A stretch of 64,000 nt of DNA from Actinomycetota bacterium (GCA_003161615.1 PMOB01000007.1:33828-97827); one strand, 5' to 3'; shown: positions 1-10,120, counted from the stretch's first letter. Notes: a model not told the origin generated them from the letters alone. Numbers and translations: made by a program.

Positions 1-591
1 CTCCAGCATGCCGGCGTCCGCTGGATCGTCGGCTGCGACGAGGGCGGTGCGCTCTACCGCGGCCGCGAGGGGCTCAACCCGGCGAAGCAGGAGTACGCCG
101 AGACGACGAATCCCGACAACCTGCAGGGGACGGCCGACGAGCTGCTCGAGGGAGTGGACGTGTTCATCGGCGTCTCCGTTCCCGGCGCGATCAGCGTCGA
201 GGGCGTGCGCCGGATGGCCCCGCGCGCGATCGTCTTCGCGATGGCGAACCCGAACCCGGAGGTCGACCCGGAGGCGATCGAGGGCTTCGCCGAGGTGATC
301 GCCACCGGCCGCAGCGACTACCCGAACCAGATCAACAACGTCCTTGCCTTCCCCGGTGTCTTCCGCGGCGCGCTCGACGTGCGGGCGAGCGAGATCAACG
401 CGGAGATGGAGCTCGCCGCGGCGCGCGCGATCGCCGGCGCGATCTCCGACGACGAGCTCTCGGCGGACTACGTGATCCCGAGCGTCTTCAACCGCGCGGT
501 CGCTCCGGCCGTCGCGGCGGCTGTCGCCGAGGCTGCGCAGCACAGCGGTGTGGCGCGAAAGTCCGCGCCGACACCTCAGACGCTTCCGTAG
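1..591 (+). CDS. NAD(P)-dependent malic enzyme, C-terminal part (5' end lies outside the window)
   Basis: Frame 1 is open from nt 1. The translation ...VDVFIGVSVPGAI...FAMANPNPE...TGRSDYPNQINNVLAFPGVFRGALD is the typical malic-enzyme NAD-binding domain. Confidence 0.85.
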   Translation, partial: LQHAGVRWIVGCDEGGALYRGREGLNPAKQEYAETTNPDNLQGTADELLEGVDVFIGVSVPGAISVEGVRRMAPRAIVFAMANPNPEVDPEAIEGFAEVIATGRSDYPNQINNVLAFPGVFRGALDVRASEINAEMELAAARAIAGAISDDELSADYVIPSVFNRAVAPAVAAAVAEAAQHSGVARKSAPTPQTLP

Positions 592-602
592 TTCCCGCGG
601 AT

Positions 603-1109
603 GTGAGCGCACCGGCGCCCAGCCAGCATTCCGGCATGGTCTACGCGCACCATCGCCCGGAGCTGCTCCCCGTTGCGTTCGACGCGGCCACGGTCGGCGA
701 CGCTATGAGCCGCGGCGTGATCAGCGTCCCGCCGGAGACGCCGCTCCGGGTGGTTGCGCGCATGATGACGACCTTCCACGTCCACGCGATCTTCGTCTTC
801 GAGCACGTGGACGAGGACGACGAGGCGCCGCGTCTCTGGGCCGTCGTCTCCGATCTCGACCTCGTTGCCGCGGCGCAGGGAGACATCGCCACCCAGACCG
901 CCGGCGCCACCGCGGTGACGCCGCTCGTGACCGTCTCGGCGAACAGCGCGCTGACGGACGCAGCCGGTCTGATGGCACAGCACGGGATCGCCCACCTCGC
1001 CGTCACCGACCCTGAGACCAGCCGGCCGATCGGCGTCATCTCGACGCTCGACATCGCCCAGGCCGTGGCTGCAGGCCACGACCCGGGCGAGACCTTCCCC
1101 TCGGCTTAA
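603..1109 (+). CDS. CBS domain pair protein
   Basis: 168-aa ORF with two CBS-like units (VGDAMSRGVISVPPETPL..., ...LMAQHGIAHLAVTDPETSRPIGVISTLDIAQAV). Confidence 0.8.
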   Translation: MSAPAPSQHSGMVYAHHRPELLPVAFDAATVGDAMSRGVISVPPETPLRVVARMMTTFHVHAIFVFEHVDEDDEAPRLWAVVSDLDLVAAAQGDIATQTAGATAVTPLVTVSANSALTDAAGLMAQHGIAHLAVTDPETSRPIGVISTLDIAQAVAAGHDPGETFPSA

Positions 1110-1114
1110 CCGCC

Positions 1115-1909
1115 TCAGGCCCGCTGGGCCCGGCGGTTCTGGAGGACGACGTTGGCGAGCATCGCCGTGACGGCGATGACGAAGAACCCGATCCCGATCA
1201 CGTTGATCTGCGGCGGCGTCGCTACGCGGGCGGCCCCCCAGACGAAGATCGGGAACGTCACGCGGGGGCCGGCGACGAAGTAGGTCACGACGAAGTCGTC
1301 GACCGAGATCGCGAAGCAGAGGAGCAGCGCCGCGAGGATCGCAGGTGCGATGAGCGGCAGGGTCACCTTCCTGAACGTCGTCCACTCGTTCGCGCCCAGG
1401 TCCATCGCCGCCTCCTCCAGATGGCGATCGAAGCCGACCAGCCGGGCCTTGACCGTGACGACCGCGAAGCTCACGCAGAACATCACGTGGGCGATGAGAA
1501 TCGTCCAGAAGCCGAGCGGCGTGCTGAAGTTGAGGAACAGCGTCAAGAGCGACGCGCCGAGGACGATCTCCGGGGTCGAGAGCGGCAGGAAGACGATGAA
1601 GTTCGTCGTCGCACGCCCGCGGAACCCGTAGCGCACGAGCGCGAGCGCCATGAGTGTCCCGAGCCCCGTGGCGAGGATGCTGGCGATCAGGGCGATCTCG
1701 AGCGACAGCTCGACCGCACTCTGGATACCCGGGATCGCGTTCCAGTGCGTCCAGTTCGACCAGGTGAAGCCTTCCCACGTGAAGTTGAAGCGACCCCTGG
1801 GCTGGTTGAAGGAGAACGCCGCGACGACCGCGATCGGGAGGAGCAGGTAGCCGAAGAAGAACAGCGACCAGACGGTCAGAACGTGCCGGCGGACGAACGC
1901 CAAGCTCAT
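1115..1909 (-). CDS. ABC transporter permease (PotC-like, polyamine type)
   Basis: Starts at MSLAFVRRHV (ATG 1909), overlapping the upstream stop as ATGA. Multi-TM protein with the EAA-like motif EEAAMDLGANEWTTFRKVTLPLI. The longer 498-aa ORF prefix is Arg/Pro-rich shadow sequence. Confidence 0.85.
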   Translation of the reverse strand: MSLAFVRRHVLTVWSLFFFGYLLLPIAVVAAFSFNQPRGRFNFTWEGFTWSNWTHWNAIPGIQSAVELSLEIALIASILATGLGTLMALALVRYGFRGRATTNFIVFLPLSTPEIVLGASLLTLFLNFSTPLGFWTILIAHVMFCVSFAVVTVKARLVGFDRHLEEAAMDLGANEWTTFRKVTLPLIAPAILAALLLCFAISVDDFVVTYFVAGPRVTFPIFVWGAARVATPPQINVIGIGFFVIAVTAMLANVVLQNRRAQRA

Positions 1910-2763
1910 CCCGTGAGCTTCTCCGTCCCGACGGCGCGGGCGTAGAGGAGGACCATCCCAAGGATGATCGCCATGAGGATGAACGACATCGCCGCGGCCG
2001 CCGGATAGTCGATCAGCTCGTTGAACTTCGAGTTGATGACGTTCCCGATCATGTGGCTCGTCGGCGATCCGAGCAGCTGGGCATTGATGAAGTCGCCCGC
2101 GGCCGGGATGAAGGTCAGCAGCGTTCCCGCGACGACGCCCGGCAGCGAGAGCGGGAACGTCACCCGCAGGAACGCGATCCACTTGCTCGCGTAGAGGTCT
2201 CCGGCGGCCTCGACGAGGCTCTGGTCGATCTGTTCCAGCGAGACGTAGAGCGGGAGCGCCATGAACGGCAGGAAGTTGTAGGTGATCCCCGCGACGACGG
2301 CCGTGCCGGTCGCCAGCACCCGGCCGCCCGGCGAGACGAGATGGATGTCCGTCAGCAGCCGGACGACGAACCCGTGGTCGGAGAGGATCGTCTCCCAGGC
2401 GAGCGTCCGGATCAGGTACGTGACGAAGAACGGCGCGACGATGAACAGCAGCAGAAGGTTCTTCCAGCGTCCGCCACGGAACGCGATCCAATAGGCCACC
2501 GGGTAGCTGACGACGAGCGCGATCACCGTGGCGAGGCCCGCGTACTCGAACGAGCGCTCGAACTCGCCGCGGTAGCCCTTGATCGCGCTCCAGTAGTTGC
2601 CCCACGCCCACGTGAACGCGTAGCCGAAGTCGATGTTGCCGGACTGCAGCGACTGGTAGACGAGGAAGCCCAGCGGTACGAGGAAGAAGGCCGCGAGCCA
2701 GAGCATCCCTGGCGCGAGCAGCAGGTACGGCGCGAGGCCTCGCCGCTGGTGGAGAAAACCCAT
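1906..2763 (-). CDS. ABC transporter permease (PotB-like)
   Basis: 285-aa multi-TM ORF with EAAGDLYASKWIAFLRVTFPL. Same operon as the neighbouring genes. Confidence 0.85.
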   Translation of the reverse strand: MGFLHQRRGLAPYLLLAPGMLWLAAFFLVPLGFLVYQSLQSGNIDFGYAFTWAWGNYWSAIKGYRGEFERSFEYAGLATVIALVVSYPVAYWIAFRGGRWKNLLLLFIVAPFFVTYLIRTLAWETILSDHGFVVRLLTDIHLVSPGGRVLATGTAVVAGITYNFLPFMALPLYVSLEQIDQSLVEAAGDLYASKWIAFLRVTFPLSLPGVVAGTLLTFIPAAGDFINAQLLGSPTSHMIGNVINSKFNELIDYPAAAAMSFILMAIILGMVLLYARAVGTEKLTG

Positions 2764-2773
2764 CAGCCGTTCC

Positions 2774-3943
2774 TCAGGCCGAGATCAGGTTCTGCCAGGT
2801 CGTCTGATACTTCTCGTTATTGAGTGCTGTCGGGTCGATCGTGTGCGCGTTGTCGAGCATCTGCTTCGTCGGGAAGATCAGGACGTTGTTCGCGATCGCG
2901 GGGTCCTTCTTCACCAGCACTTCCTTCGCCCCGAGCACCGGGCACACGTAGTTGACGTAGTCCTCGATCTCCGCGGCGATTCTCGGCGTGTAGACCCAGT
3001 TCATGTACACGCTCGCCGTGTAGACGTTGCCGCCCTTCGGGATCAACATGTTGTCGGTCCAGATGTCGCCGCCGGTGTCCGGCATCTGCCAGTGCAGATG
3101 CGAATTGTCGGCCTGGAGCTGGACGATGTCGCCCGACCACGCCATCGTCGCGGTGAGGTCGCCGTTCGCGAGGGCGCTCGCGTAGTCGTTGCCGTAGAAC
3201 TGGCGGATCTGACCGGCGTGCACCGCGCGCTGGATCACCGCGATCGCCTTGTTGAAGGTCTTGTCGGTGATGTGGCTCGGGTCGTCGCCGTTGTAGGCCA
3301 TGACGAGTGCGAGCGTGTCGGAGAACTCCGTGAGGAGCCCGACCTTGCCCCGGAGCTTCTTGCTGCCGAGCAGCTCGCCCATCGACGTGACGGGCTCCGT
3401 CAGCTTCGTGTTCCAACCGATCCCCGTGAAGCCGGACTGCCACGGCAGGCTGTAGTCGCGGTTCGGGTCCCAGTTCGGGTGCCGCTGCTGCGGGATGAGG
3501 TTCTTGATGTTGGGGATCGCGCTCTTGTCGAGCTTCTCGACCCAGCCCTTGTTGACGAGCAGGCTCGGGTACCGCGAGTTGTCCGTCATCACGATCAGGT
3601 CGCGTCCGGTCGACTGGCCGCGGGCGAGGTCGGGCTCGATCTTCGAGAAGAACGAGGCGTTGTCGTTGATGTCCTCGGTGTAGTCCACGTGGACGCCGTA
3701 CTTCTGCTGGAACTGGTTGAGCGACGGATGCTGGTTGCCCTTCTTGTCGATGTAGAGCGTCCAGTTCGAGAAGTGCAGGGTCTTCGCGAGGGTGTGAGCT
3801 TCGGTCGTGCCGCCTGCCGACGGCGAGCTGCCGCCGCAAGCGGCGAGCAGGCCGGGGACGGTGAGCACCGAGCCACTTACTGCGGCCCGGCGGAGAAAGA
3901 CCTTGCGACTGATGCGATCTGAGAAATCCGAGTACTCCGACAT
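2774..3943 (-). CDS. Polyamine-type periplasmic substrate-binding lipoprotein (PotD/PotF-like)
   Basis: N-terminus RRAAVSGSVLTVPGLLAAC (twin-Arg-like signal plus lipobox). The body resembles the spermidine/putrescine binding-protein family. Confidence 0.85.
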   Translation of the reverse strand: MSEYSDFSDRISRKVFLRRAAVSGSVLTVPGLLAACGGSSPSAGGTTEAHTLAKTLHFSNWTLYIDKKGNQHPSLNQFQQKYGVHVDYTEDINDNASFFSKIEPDLARGQSTGRDLIVMTDNSRYPSLLVNKGWVEKLDKSAIPNIKNLIPQQRHPNWDPNRDYSLPWQSGFTGIGWNTKLTEPVTSMGELLGSKKLRGKVGLLTEFSDTLALVMAYNGDDPSHITDKTFNKAIAVIQRAVHAGQIRQFYGNDYASALANGDLTATMAWSGDIVQLQADNSHLHWQMPDTGGDIWTDNMLIPKGGNVYTASVYMNWVYTPRIAAEIEDYVNYVCPVLGAKEVLVKKDPAIANNVLIFPTKQMLDNAHTIDPTALNNEKYQTTWQNLISA

Positions 3944-5050
3944 CTATGTGTCCTCCTGGGCGTCGACGACGAAGGTGCAGTCGGGGCTCCAGCCGAGCGT
4001 CAGCCGCTCGCCGTTCGCCACCTGCGCACCGAGCCGGTCGTTCTGGACGTAGACCGTCACTGGTCCAGCGGGCGTGTCGAGGATGTACTGAGTCGAGACC
4101 CCGATGTACGCGCTCTCGGCGACGGTTCCCGAGAGCGAGTTCTCTTCTCCTCCGCCGATCCGGAGCTTCTCCGGGCGAACGCCGATCTGGACGTTCCCCT
4201 GGCGCCCGGCCAGCGCGGCCGTCGGGACGCGAACCTCCGTCCCGTCCTGCAACTTCACGCGGTCGTCCCCGACGATCGTCCCGGAGAGGAGGTTCGAAAC
4301 GCCGAGGAAGCCGGCGACGAACGGCGTCCGCGGCTGTTCGTACAGCTCGCTCGGCTCGCCGACCTGCTCGATGTGGCCGCCGTTCATGATCACGATCCGG
4401 TCGGCCATGGTCATGGCCTCTTCCTGGTCGTGCGTGACGTGGACGAAAGTGATGCCGACCTCGTGCTGGATCCGCTTCAGCTCGAGTTGCATTTCCTTCC
4501 GCAGCTTGAGGTCGAGCGCGCCGAGCGGTTCGTCGAGGAGCAGGACGCGCGGGCGGTTGACGAGAGCGCGTGCAAGCGCGATCCGCTGCTGCTGGCCGCC
4601 GGAGAGCTGCCGCGGCTTGCGGCGATCGAGGCCTGCGAGCCCGACGAGCTCGAGGGCGTCGCCGACGCGCTTGCGCAGGTCGCCTCCCTTGATCCCTCGG
4701 CGCTTCAGGCCGAACGCGACGTTCTCGAAGATCGAGAGGTGCGGGAAGAGCGCGTACGACTGGAAGACCGTGTTGACGTCGCGTTTGTACGGCGGCAGCC
4801 GCGCCACGTCGACGCCGCCGAGCTCGATCCGGCCCTCGCTCGGCTCCTCGAAGCCACCGATCATCCGCAGCGTCGTCGTCTTGCCGCAGCCTGACGGGCC
4901 GAGGAGTGCGAAGAAGTGGCCGCGATCGATGTCGAGCGAGATGTTGTCGACCGCAACGACGTCGTCGAAGCGTTTCGTCAGTCCGATCAGGCGGATGTCG
5001 TACTCGGCCGTGGCGGGCGCCCCATCGGCGACAGGCGTGACGGCGGTCAT
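3944..5050 (-). CDS. ABC transporter ATP-binding protein (PotA-like)
   Basis: Walker [10 protein letters not shown], signature LSGGQQQR, Walker B LLLDEP. ATG at 5050 overlaps the upstream stop (ATGA). Confidence 0.9.
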   Translation of the reverse strand: MTAVTPVADGAPATAEYDIRLIGLTKRFDDVVAVDNISLDIDRGHFFALLGPSGCGKTTTLRMIGGFEEPSEGRIELGGVDVARLPPYKRDVNTVFQSYALFPHLSIFENVAFGLKRRGIKGGDLRKRVGDALELVGLAGLDRRKPRQLSGGQQQRIALARALVNRPRVLLLDEPLGALDLKLRKEMQLELKRIQHEVGITFVHVTHDQEEAMTMADRIVIMNGGHIEQVGEPSELYEQPRTPFVAGFLGVSNLLSGTIVGDDRVKLQDGTEVRVPTAALAGRQGNVQIGVRPEKLRIGGGEENSLSGTVAESAYIGVSTQYILDTPAGPVTVYVQNDRLGAQVANGERLTLGWSPDCTFVVDAQEDT

Positions 5051-6414
5051 TGCATCTCCTCCCAGGCCTCGGCAAGAACCTCGCCGAGGATCCCGGTCAT
5101 CTCGTCGAACTGCGCCTGCGTCGCGATGAGCGGTGGCGAGATCTGGATCACGGGGTCGCCGCGGTCGTCCGCGCGGCAGATCAGACCCTTCTCGAACAAC
5201 CGCGGCGAGAGGAAGCCGCGCAGGAGCGTGTCGCACTCCTCGTCGCTGAACGTCTCCCGCGTCTCCTTGTCCTTGACGAGCTCGATCGCGTAGAAGAAGC
5301 CGGCGCCGCGGAGATCGCCGACGATCGGCAGGTCGAGGAGCTGCGCGAGCGTGGCGCGGAAGGCGTCCTCGTTCTCGAGGACGTGCTCGTTGATCCGCTC
5401 CCGCTTCATGATCTCGATGTTCTTGAGCGCGATCGCGCACATCACGGGGTGGCCGCCGAACGTGATGCCGTGCGAGTACATCGCGCCGCTCTCGAGGAAC
5501 GGCTCCATCACCTTGTCGGTCGTGACGACGGCGCCGATGGCCGCGTACGAGGAGGACAGGCCTTTCGCGGACGTGACGATGTCCGGCCGGATGTCGTACC
5601 GCTCGGAGGCGAACCAGTGACCGAGGCGCCCGAAGGCGGTGATCACCTCGTCGGCGGAGAGAAGGATGTCGTAGCGGTCGCAGAGCTCGCGCACTCCGGC
5701 CCAGTAGCCCGCGGGCGGAACGAACGAGCCACCCGCGTTCTGGACGGGCTCCATGTGGACGAGGCAGACGGTTTCAGGATCCATCTCGAGGATCGTCCGC
5801 TCGAGCTCCTCGAGGAGGAATGCGGTGAACTCCGCCTCCGTCTCGCCGTCCGGCCGGTGGTAGCGGTTGGTGTTGCTCACGTGCCGGACCTCCGGCACGA
5901 GCGGCTCGAACGGCGCGCGCAGCGCCTCGATGCCGTTGATCGAGAGCGCGCCCATCGTCGTGCCGTGGTACGCGATGTCGCGGGCGATCGCCTTGTACTT
6001 CTTGCCGGGCTCGAGCCCGTCGCGGACGGAGAAGTACTGCCGGGCGAGCTTCCACGCCGCCTCGACCGCCTCGGAGCCGCCCGAGACGAAGAAGACGCGG
6101 TTCAGATCGCCCGGCGCCAGCGACGCGACCTCCGCAGAGAGCTCGATCGCGCGCGGATGTGCATACGTCCAGTTCGTGTAGAAGGGCAGCTCGCGCATCT
6201 GCTCGTGCGCCGCCTGCCCGATCTCCTCCCCGAAGCCGTAGCCGAGGTTGACGGAGAAGAGGCCCGCGAGCGCGTCGAGGTAGCGCTTGCCCTCTAAGTC
6301 CTCGAGATAGCAGCCGTCGCCGCGGACGATGATCGGCGGCGGGTGCCCGCCCATCTGGGTGAAGTGGAGCCAGAGATGGTCGGCGGCGAGCCGGCGCAGG
6401 TCAGTTGCCGCCAC
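5047..6414 (-). CDS. Class-III (omega/putrescine-type) aminotransferase
   Basis: 455 aa; ...[20 protein letters not shown]..., [18 protein letters not shown] (PLP-lysine region). Confidence 0.9.
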   Translation of the reverse strand: MAATDLRRLAADHLWLHFTQMGGHPPPIIVRGDGCYLEDLEGKRYLDALAGLFSVNLGYGFGEEIGQAAHEQMRELPFYTNWTYAHPRAIELSAEVASLAPGDLNRVFFVSGGSEAVEAAWKLARQYFSVRDGLEPGKKYKAIARDIAYHGTTMGALSINGIEALRAPFEPLVPEVRHVSNTNRYHRPDGETEAEFTAFLLEELERTILEMDPETVCLVHMEPVQNAGGSFVPPAGYWAGVRELCDRYDILLSADEVITAFGRLGHWFASERYDIRPDIVTSAKGLSSSYAAIGAVVTTDKVMEPFLESGAMYSHGITFGGHPVMCAIALKNIEIMKRERINEHVLENEDAFRATLAQLLDLPIVGDLRGAGFFYAIELVKDKETRETFSDEECDTLLRGFLSPRLFEKGLICRADDRGDPVIQISPPLIATQAQFDEMTGILGEVLAEAWEEMQ

Positions 6415-6922
6415 GTGTCCCCCAGTCGTAGAGCTGCTTCCTCATCTCGAGGTAGAGAAAGGTCTCGGTGGAGACGACGCCGTCGAGGGCGCGAATCCGG
6501 TTCGTGAGCCCGAGCAGCTCGGCGCGGTCGGAGGTGACGACCTCGACGACGACGTCGAACTGGCCGGCCGTGACGACGACGTAGTCGGCTTCGGGCCAGC
6601 GCGCGATCTCGTCCGCGACAACGCTCGGCGGGCCGGAGGTCTTGACGCCGACGAGCGCCTGCTCGAAGCCGAGGCCGAGCGGGTTCGTGACACCGACGAC
6701 CTGAAGGATCCCCTCGTCGGTCAGGCGTCCGTAGCGCGCGCGCACCGTAGCCTCCGAGACACCCACGCGTGCGGCAATGGCGCGGAACGACTCCCGTCCA
6801 TTTCGCTGCAATGCCTCGATGATCTGGCGGTCGAGGTCGTCGACGCGACGCTGCGGCGCAACCGCCCCCCGCTCCTGGCCTTCTCCTGCCAGCCGGAGTG
6901 AGTGGGCTTCGTCTCTGCGCAT
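6401..6922 (-). CDS. Lrp/AsnC family transcriptional regulator
   Basis: LDRQIIEALQRNGRESFRAIAARVGVSEATVRARYGRL HTH plus an RAM-like C-terminal domain. Start chosen at MRRDEA; 6961 is also possible. Confidence 0.8.
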   Translation of the reverse strand: MRRDEAHSLRLAGEGQERGAVAPQRRVDDLDRQIIEALQRNGRESFRAIAARVGVSEATVRARYGRLTDEGILQVVGVTNPLGLGFEQALVGVKTSGPPSVVADEIARWPEADYVVVTAGQFDVVVEVVTSDRAELLGLTNRIRALDGVVSTETFLYLEMRKQLYDWGTRGGN

Positions 6923-6999
6923 CGCGCGGGATTCGTACCATCCCGCTGCGCATTTCGTCAATCAGGAGGCGTCGAGGCTGCGCGTAGCGCGGCAGCGGC

Positions 7000-7674
7000 T
7001 CAGCGGATCAACTGGAGGCGCAGGGCCTTCGCCACCGCTTCGGTCCGCGTCGACGCGCCGAGCTTGGCCCGAGCGTTGCCGAGATGCGCGCGCACCGTGC
7101 CGGGCGAGATGTGGAGAAGGCGACCGGCGTTCTCGCTCGAGCAACCGTCGGCGAGAAGACGAAGCACATCGCGCTCGCGCTCGGACAGAGAGGGGGCCGG
7201 CTTTGCGGCGACCGCGCCCGACAGGAGCGGATCGACGTACGTGCCGCCCGCGGCGATCGCCTCGACCGCGCGCCGCAGGTCGGCGGGCGGAGTGTCCTTC
7301 TGCACGAAGCCCCGCACGCCGGCGTCCATCGCGTCCGCGAGCGCGGCACGGTCTCCGTAGCCGGTGAAGATGAGCACCCTGGTGCACGGAGAGACGCGCG
7401 AGGCGCCTCTGGCAAGGTCGATGCCGTCGAGCCCAGGCATCCGCAAGCCGACGACCGCAACATCCGGCTGGTGACGCTCGATCTTCGTGAGCGCCTCGTC
7501 GCCGGTGGCCGCAGTGGCCACCACGTGGATCGTCTCCGACTCGAGATAGACGCGGAAGAACTCGACGATCGCCGGATAGGGGTCCGCGACGACGCAGCGC
7601 ACCGTGGCGACCTCCTCCCGGGCCTCTCCGTTGCGAGCCGCCGCGCGAACATCGAGTTCCCTTGCTGTCGTCAC
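7000..7674 (-). CDS. NarL/LuxR-family response regulator with a degenerate receiver (no phospho-acceptor Asp)
   Basis: REC-like N-terminus plus the C-terminal LuxR HTH (LSERERDVLRLLADGCSSENAGRLLHISPGTVRAHLGNARAKLG). The usual ..D-L-R-M-P-G site reads VVGLRMPG. Confidence 0.85.
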   Translation of the reverse strand: MTTARELDVRAAARNGEAREEVATVRCVVADPYPAIVEFFRVYLESETIHVVATAATGDEALTKIERHQPDVAVVGLRMPGLDGIDLARGASRVSPCTRVLIFTGYGDRAALADAMDAGVRGFVQKDTPPADLRRAVEAIAAGGTYVDPLLSGAVAAKPAPSLSERERDVLRLLADGCSSENAGRLLHISPGTVRAHLGNARAKLGASTRTEAVAKALRLQLIR

Positions 7675-7838
7675 GAGTGCATCTCACTGCCCATCGTCCT
7701 CAGTAGGGCGCACCCAATCGGGGAATTCACGGACACACGCCGCGGCGAACCAGCAGCCGGCGATCACGAATGCGCAGGCAGGTCTGGACGTTGTGTGGAT
7801 CCGGGCGGCCGCCGGGGCGGCCGAAACAGGTCTTGCGA

Positions 7839-8150
7839 ATGACCGCCTACCCCGCTCCCGTCCACCTTCCGGCCACCTCGACACCGTCACGGCATAACGC
7901 TGCGACGGTGGCCCATCTCGTGGGCTGGCTCGCAGCCGCCGCGCTGGCCGCCGCAGTCTGGACCGCCGCTCCCTCGCTCACCGGCCAAGGCGCCCAGCAG
8001 CCTGTTACGGCCGGCGGCTTCGGGGGCGGAACCTATCCGGTGCGGCCCGTCGAGTACGCGCCCCAGCTCCCATCCGACAACCGGCTCGTCCAGGTGCGCT
8101 GCGCCGGCCGCGCGAGCAGCTCGCGTTCCTGCTGGGTCTCCCGGCCCTGA
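7839..8150 (+). CDS. Hypothetical small membrane protein (uncertain)
   Basis: Strong G/C bias at codon position 3 in this frame. One hydrophobic helix (VAHLVGWLAAAALAAAVWTAA). No recognisable family. Confidence 0.25.
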   Translation: MTAYPAPVHLPATSTPSRHNAATVAHLVGWLAAAALAAAVWTAAPSLTGQGAQQPVTAGGFGGGTYPVRPVEYAPQLPSDNRLVQVRCAGRASSSRSCWVSRP

Positions 8151-8280
8151 TTCGACAGCGGGCGGTTGATTTACCGCACGAGACGCACGGGGAAGTACGC
8201 GCTCCGCCTGCCCGCCGACGCCGATGCCTCTTCTTGTAACGCCCCTCTCGCAAGGGCGCATCGACTCAAGGAGGTCAGGC

Positions 8281-8871
8281 ATGAGAACCAAAGAGAAGCT
8301 GCTCCTCCCGCTCCTTGCGATCGGGTTGCTCAGCAGGGTATTGGCCCTCGGGATCTTCGGTGTCTTCTCGGCCACCACCCAGAACACGGGCAACGAGATC
8401 GTCTCCGGGACGGTCAGTTTCACGAACAACAGCGCCGGCCAGGCGATGTACAACATCACCGGCGCCAAGCCCGGCCAGACCCTGACGCGCTGCATCAAGG
8501 CGACGTATACGGGCTCGCTCGCGGCAACCGTCAAGCTCTATACGGATTCGACCGCGGGGCCGCTCGCCTCGTACCTCAACGTGACGGTCACGCAGGGCAC
8601 GGACGCGTCGACGAGCTTCCCGAACTGCGGGAGCTTTGTCGCCGACACGAACGGTCAGCTCTACAGCGGCACGCTGCAGAGCTTCGAGCAGACGTACACG
8701 AGCTACTCGAACGGCCTTTCGACCGGTCCTGGGGCCCCGGCCAACAACTGGACGACGGGCAGTGCGGTGGTCTACCAGTTCGTGATCACGCTGCAGTCCG
8801 GAGCCCCGGACTCGGCGCAGGGCACCTCGACGGGCGTCCACGACTTCATCTGGGAGGCGCATGACGCGTAG
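8281..8871 (+). CDS. TasA/camelysin-like secreted protein with a SipW-cognate-type signal peptide (paralog 1)
   Basis: AAGGAGG lies 5 nt before ATG 8281. N-terminus MRTKEKLLLPLLAIGLLSRVLALGIFGVFSATTQNTGNEIVSGTV. Conserved Cys pair (TRCIK / FPNC). Confidence 0.8.
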   Translation: MRTKEKLLLPLLAIGLLSRVLALGIFGVFSATTQNTGNEIVSGTVSFTNNSAGQAMYNITGAKPGQTLTRCIKATYTGSLAATVKLYTDSTAGPLASYLNVTVTQGTDASTSFPNCGSFVADTNGQLYSGTLQSFEQTYTSYSNGLSTGPGAPANNWTTGSAVVYQFVITLQSGAPDSAQGTSTGVHDFIWEAHDA

Positions 8872-8879
8872 CCGACGGC

Positions 8880-8898
8880 CGCCGGTGATCGACCGGCG
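8880..8898 (+). terminator. Hairpin after the first TasA-like gene (possible partial terminator)
   Basis: CGCCGGT-gatcg-ACCGGCG, a 7-bp stem followed by TCTTCTC. Confidence 0.35.
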
Positions 8899-8934
8899 TC
8901 TTCTCGCTACTCCGTCATCGGAAAGGACAGACAG

Positions 8935-9510
8935 ATGAGGACACAGACAAGAATCCTGATCACCATCGCGGTCGTCGGGGTGCTGGGAAGCCTCGCCGCC
9001 TTCGGAGCCTTCGCCTCGTTCAGCGCCACGACCCAGAACGCGGGGAACGAGCTGAGCGCTGGAACCGTCGCGATCGCGAACAACAGTGCCGGCCAGGCGA
9101 TGTTCAGCATCGCCACCGCCGACGACGGCTCGTGGACGCGCTGCATCAAGGTGACCTACGACGGCAGCCTGCCGGCGGACGTGCACCTGTATCTCGGCGG
9201 TACGCCGGGCGCCCTCGCGGCCTACCTGAACGTCAAGATCGAGGAGGGGACCGCATCGAGCTCCGACCCGTTCCCCGAGTGCACGACGTTCACGCCGGTG
9301 AACACGCTGTACGACGGCGCTGTCATCCCCGGTACCGGCAGCTACGACTACGGCCTGCCGACCTCCCCTGGCGGCGTCGCCGGACCATGGACGACGGGCA
9401 GCTCGACCGTCTACCGGATGACGATAACGCTCTCCGATAACGCCCCGAACAGCGCGCAAGGACAGTCGACCGGAATCCTCACCGCCTTCTGGAAAGCCCA
9501 CAATGAATGA
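8935..9510 (+). CDS. TasA/camelysin-like secreted protein (paralog 2)
   Basis: MRTQTRILITIAVVGVLGSLAAFGAFASFSATTQNAGNELSAGTV...; WTRCIKVTY, FPECTTF, NSAQGQSTGILTAFWKAHN. Confidence 0.85.
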   Translation: MRTQTRILITIAVVGVLGSLAAFGAFASFSATTQNAGNELSAGTVAIANNSAGQAMFSIATADDGSWTRCIKVTYDGSLPADVHLYLGGTPGALAAYLNVKIEEGTASSSDPFPECTTFTPVNTLYDGAVIPGTGSYDYGLPTSPGGVAGPWTTGSSTVYRMTITLSDNAPNSAQGQSTGILTAFWKAHNE

Positions 9511-9541
9511 CGGCTCCAGCGGCCTCGAAAGGACGGGAACG

Positions 9542-10120
9542 ATGACGAGATTCACGAAACTCCTGGTCACCACTGCGATCGTCGGGGTGCTGGGAAGCGT
9601 CGCCGCCTTCGGAGCCTTCGCGTCGTTCAGTGCGACGACCCAGAACGCGGGCAACGAGGTGAGCGCCGGCACCGTCGGTCTCTCCAACAACAGCGCGGGG
9701 CAGGCGCTCCTCAGTATCACCGGCGCCACCCCGGGCGGCTCGTGGACGCGCTGCATCAAGGTCACGTACAACGGCACCCTCCCCGCGGACGTGCGCACCT
9801 ATCTCGGTGGCACGACCGGCGCACTCGCCCCCTATCTGAGCCTCAAGATCGAGGAGGGAACGGCGTCGGGCAGCGACGTGTTCCCGCAGTGCACCACCTT
9901 CACGCCGGTCAACACGATCTACGACGGCCCTCTCAGCCCCGCCTACCACGACTACGCCAGCGGCCTGGTGACCTATCCAGGCGGCGTTGCCGGACCGTGG
10001 ACGACGGGCAGCTCGACCGTCTACCGGATCACGGCGAGCCTCTCCGCAAGCGCCCCCAACACCGGACAGGCCCAGTCGACTGGTGTCCTCACCGCCTTCT
10101 GGGAAGCCCACAACCAGTAG
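9542..10120 (+). CDS. TasA/camelysin-like secreted protein (paralog 3)
   Basis: MTRFTKLLVTTAIVGVLGSVAAFGAFASFSATTQNAGNEVSAGTV... Very similar to paralog 2 along its whole length. Confidence 0.85.
   Translation: MTRFTKLLVTTAIVGVLGSVAAFGAFASFSATTQNAGNEVSAGTVGLSNNSAGQALLSITGATPGGSWTRCIKVTYNGTLPADVRTYLGGTTGALAPYLSLKIEEGTASGSDVFPQCTTFTPVNTIYDGPLSPAYHDYASGLVTYPGGVAGPWTTGSSTVYRITASLSASAPNTGQAQSTGVLTAFWEAHNQ

Noticed and set aside
576-5075. Very long ORFs such as 576..1961(-), 2817..5075(-) and 2053..2823(+), which overlap the CBS and pot genes.
   Set aside because: Their translations are Arg/Pro/Gly/Asp-rich low-complexity strings typical of out-of-frame or antisense reading of GC-rich genes. The alternative frames give recognisable ABC transporter and aminotransferase proteins.
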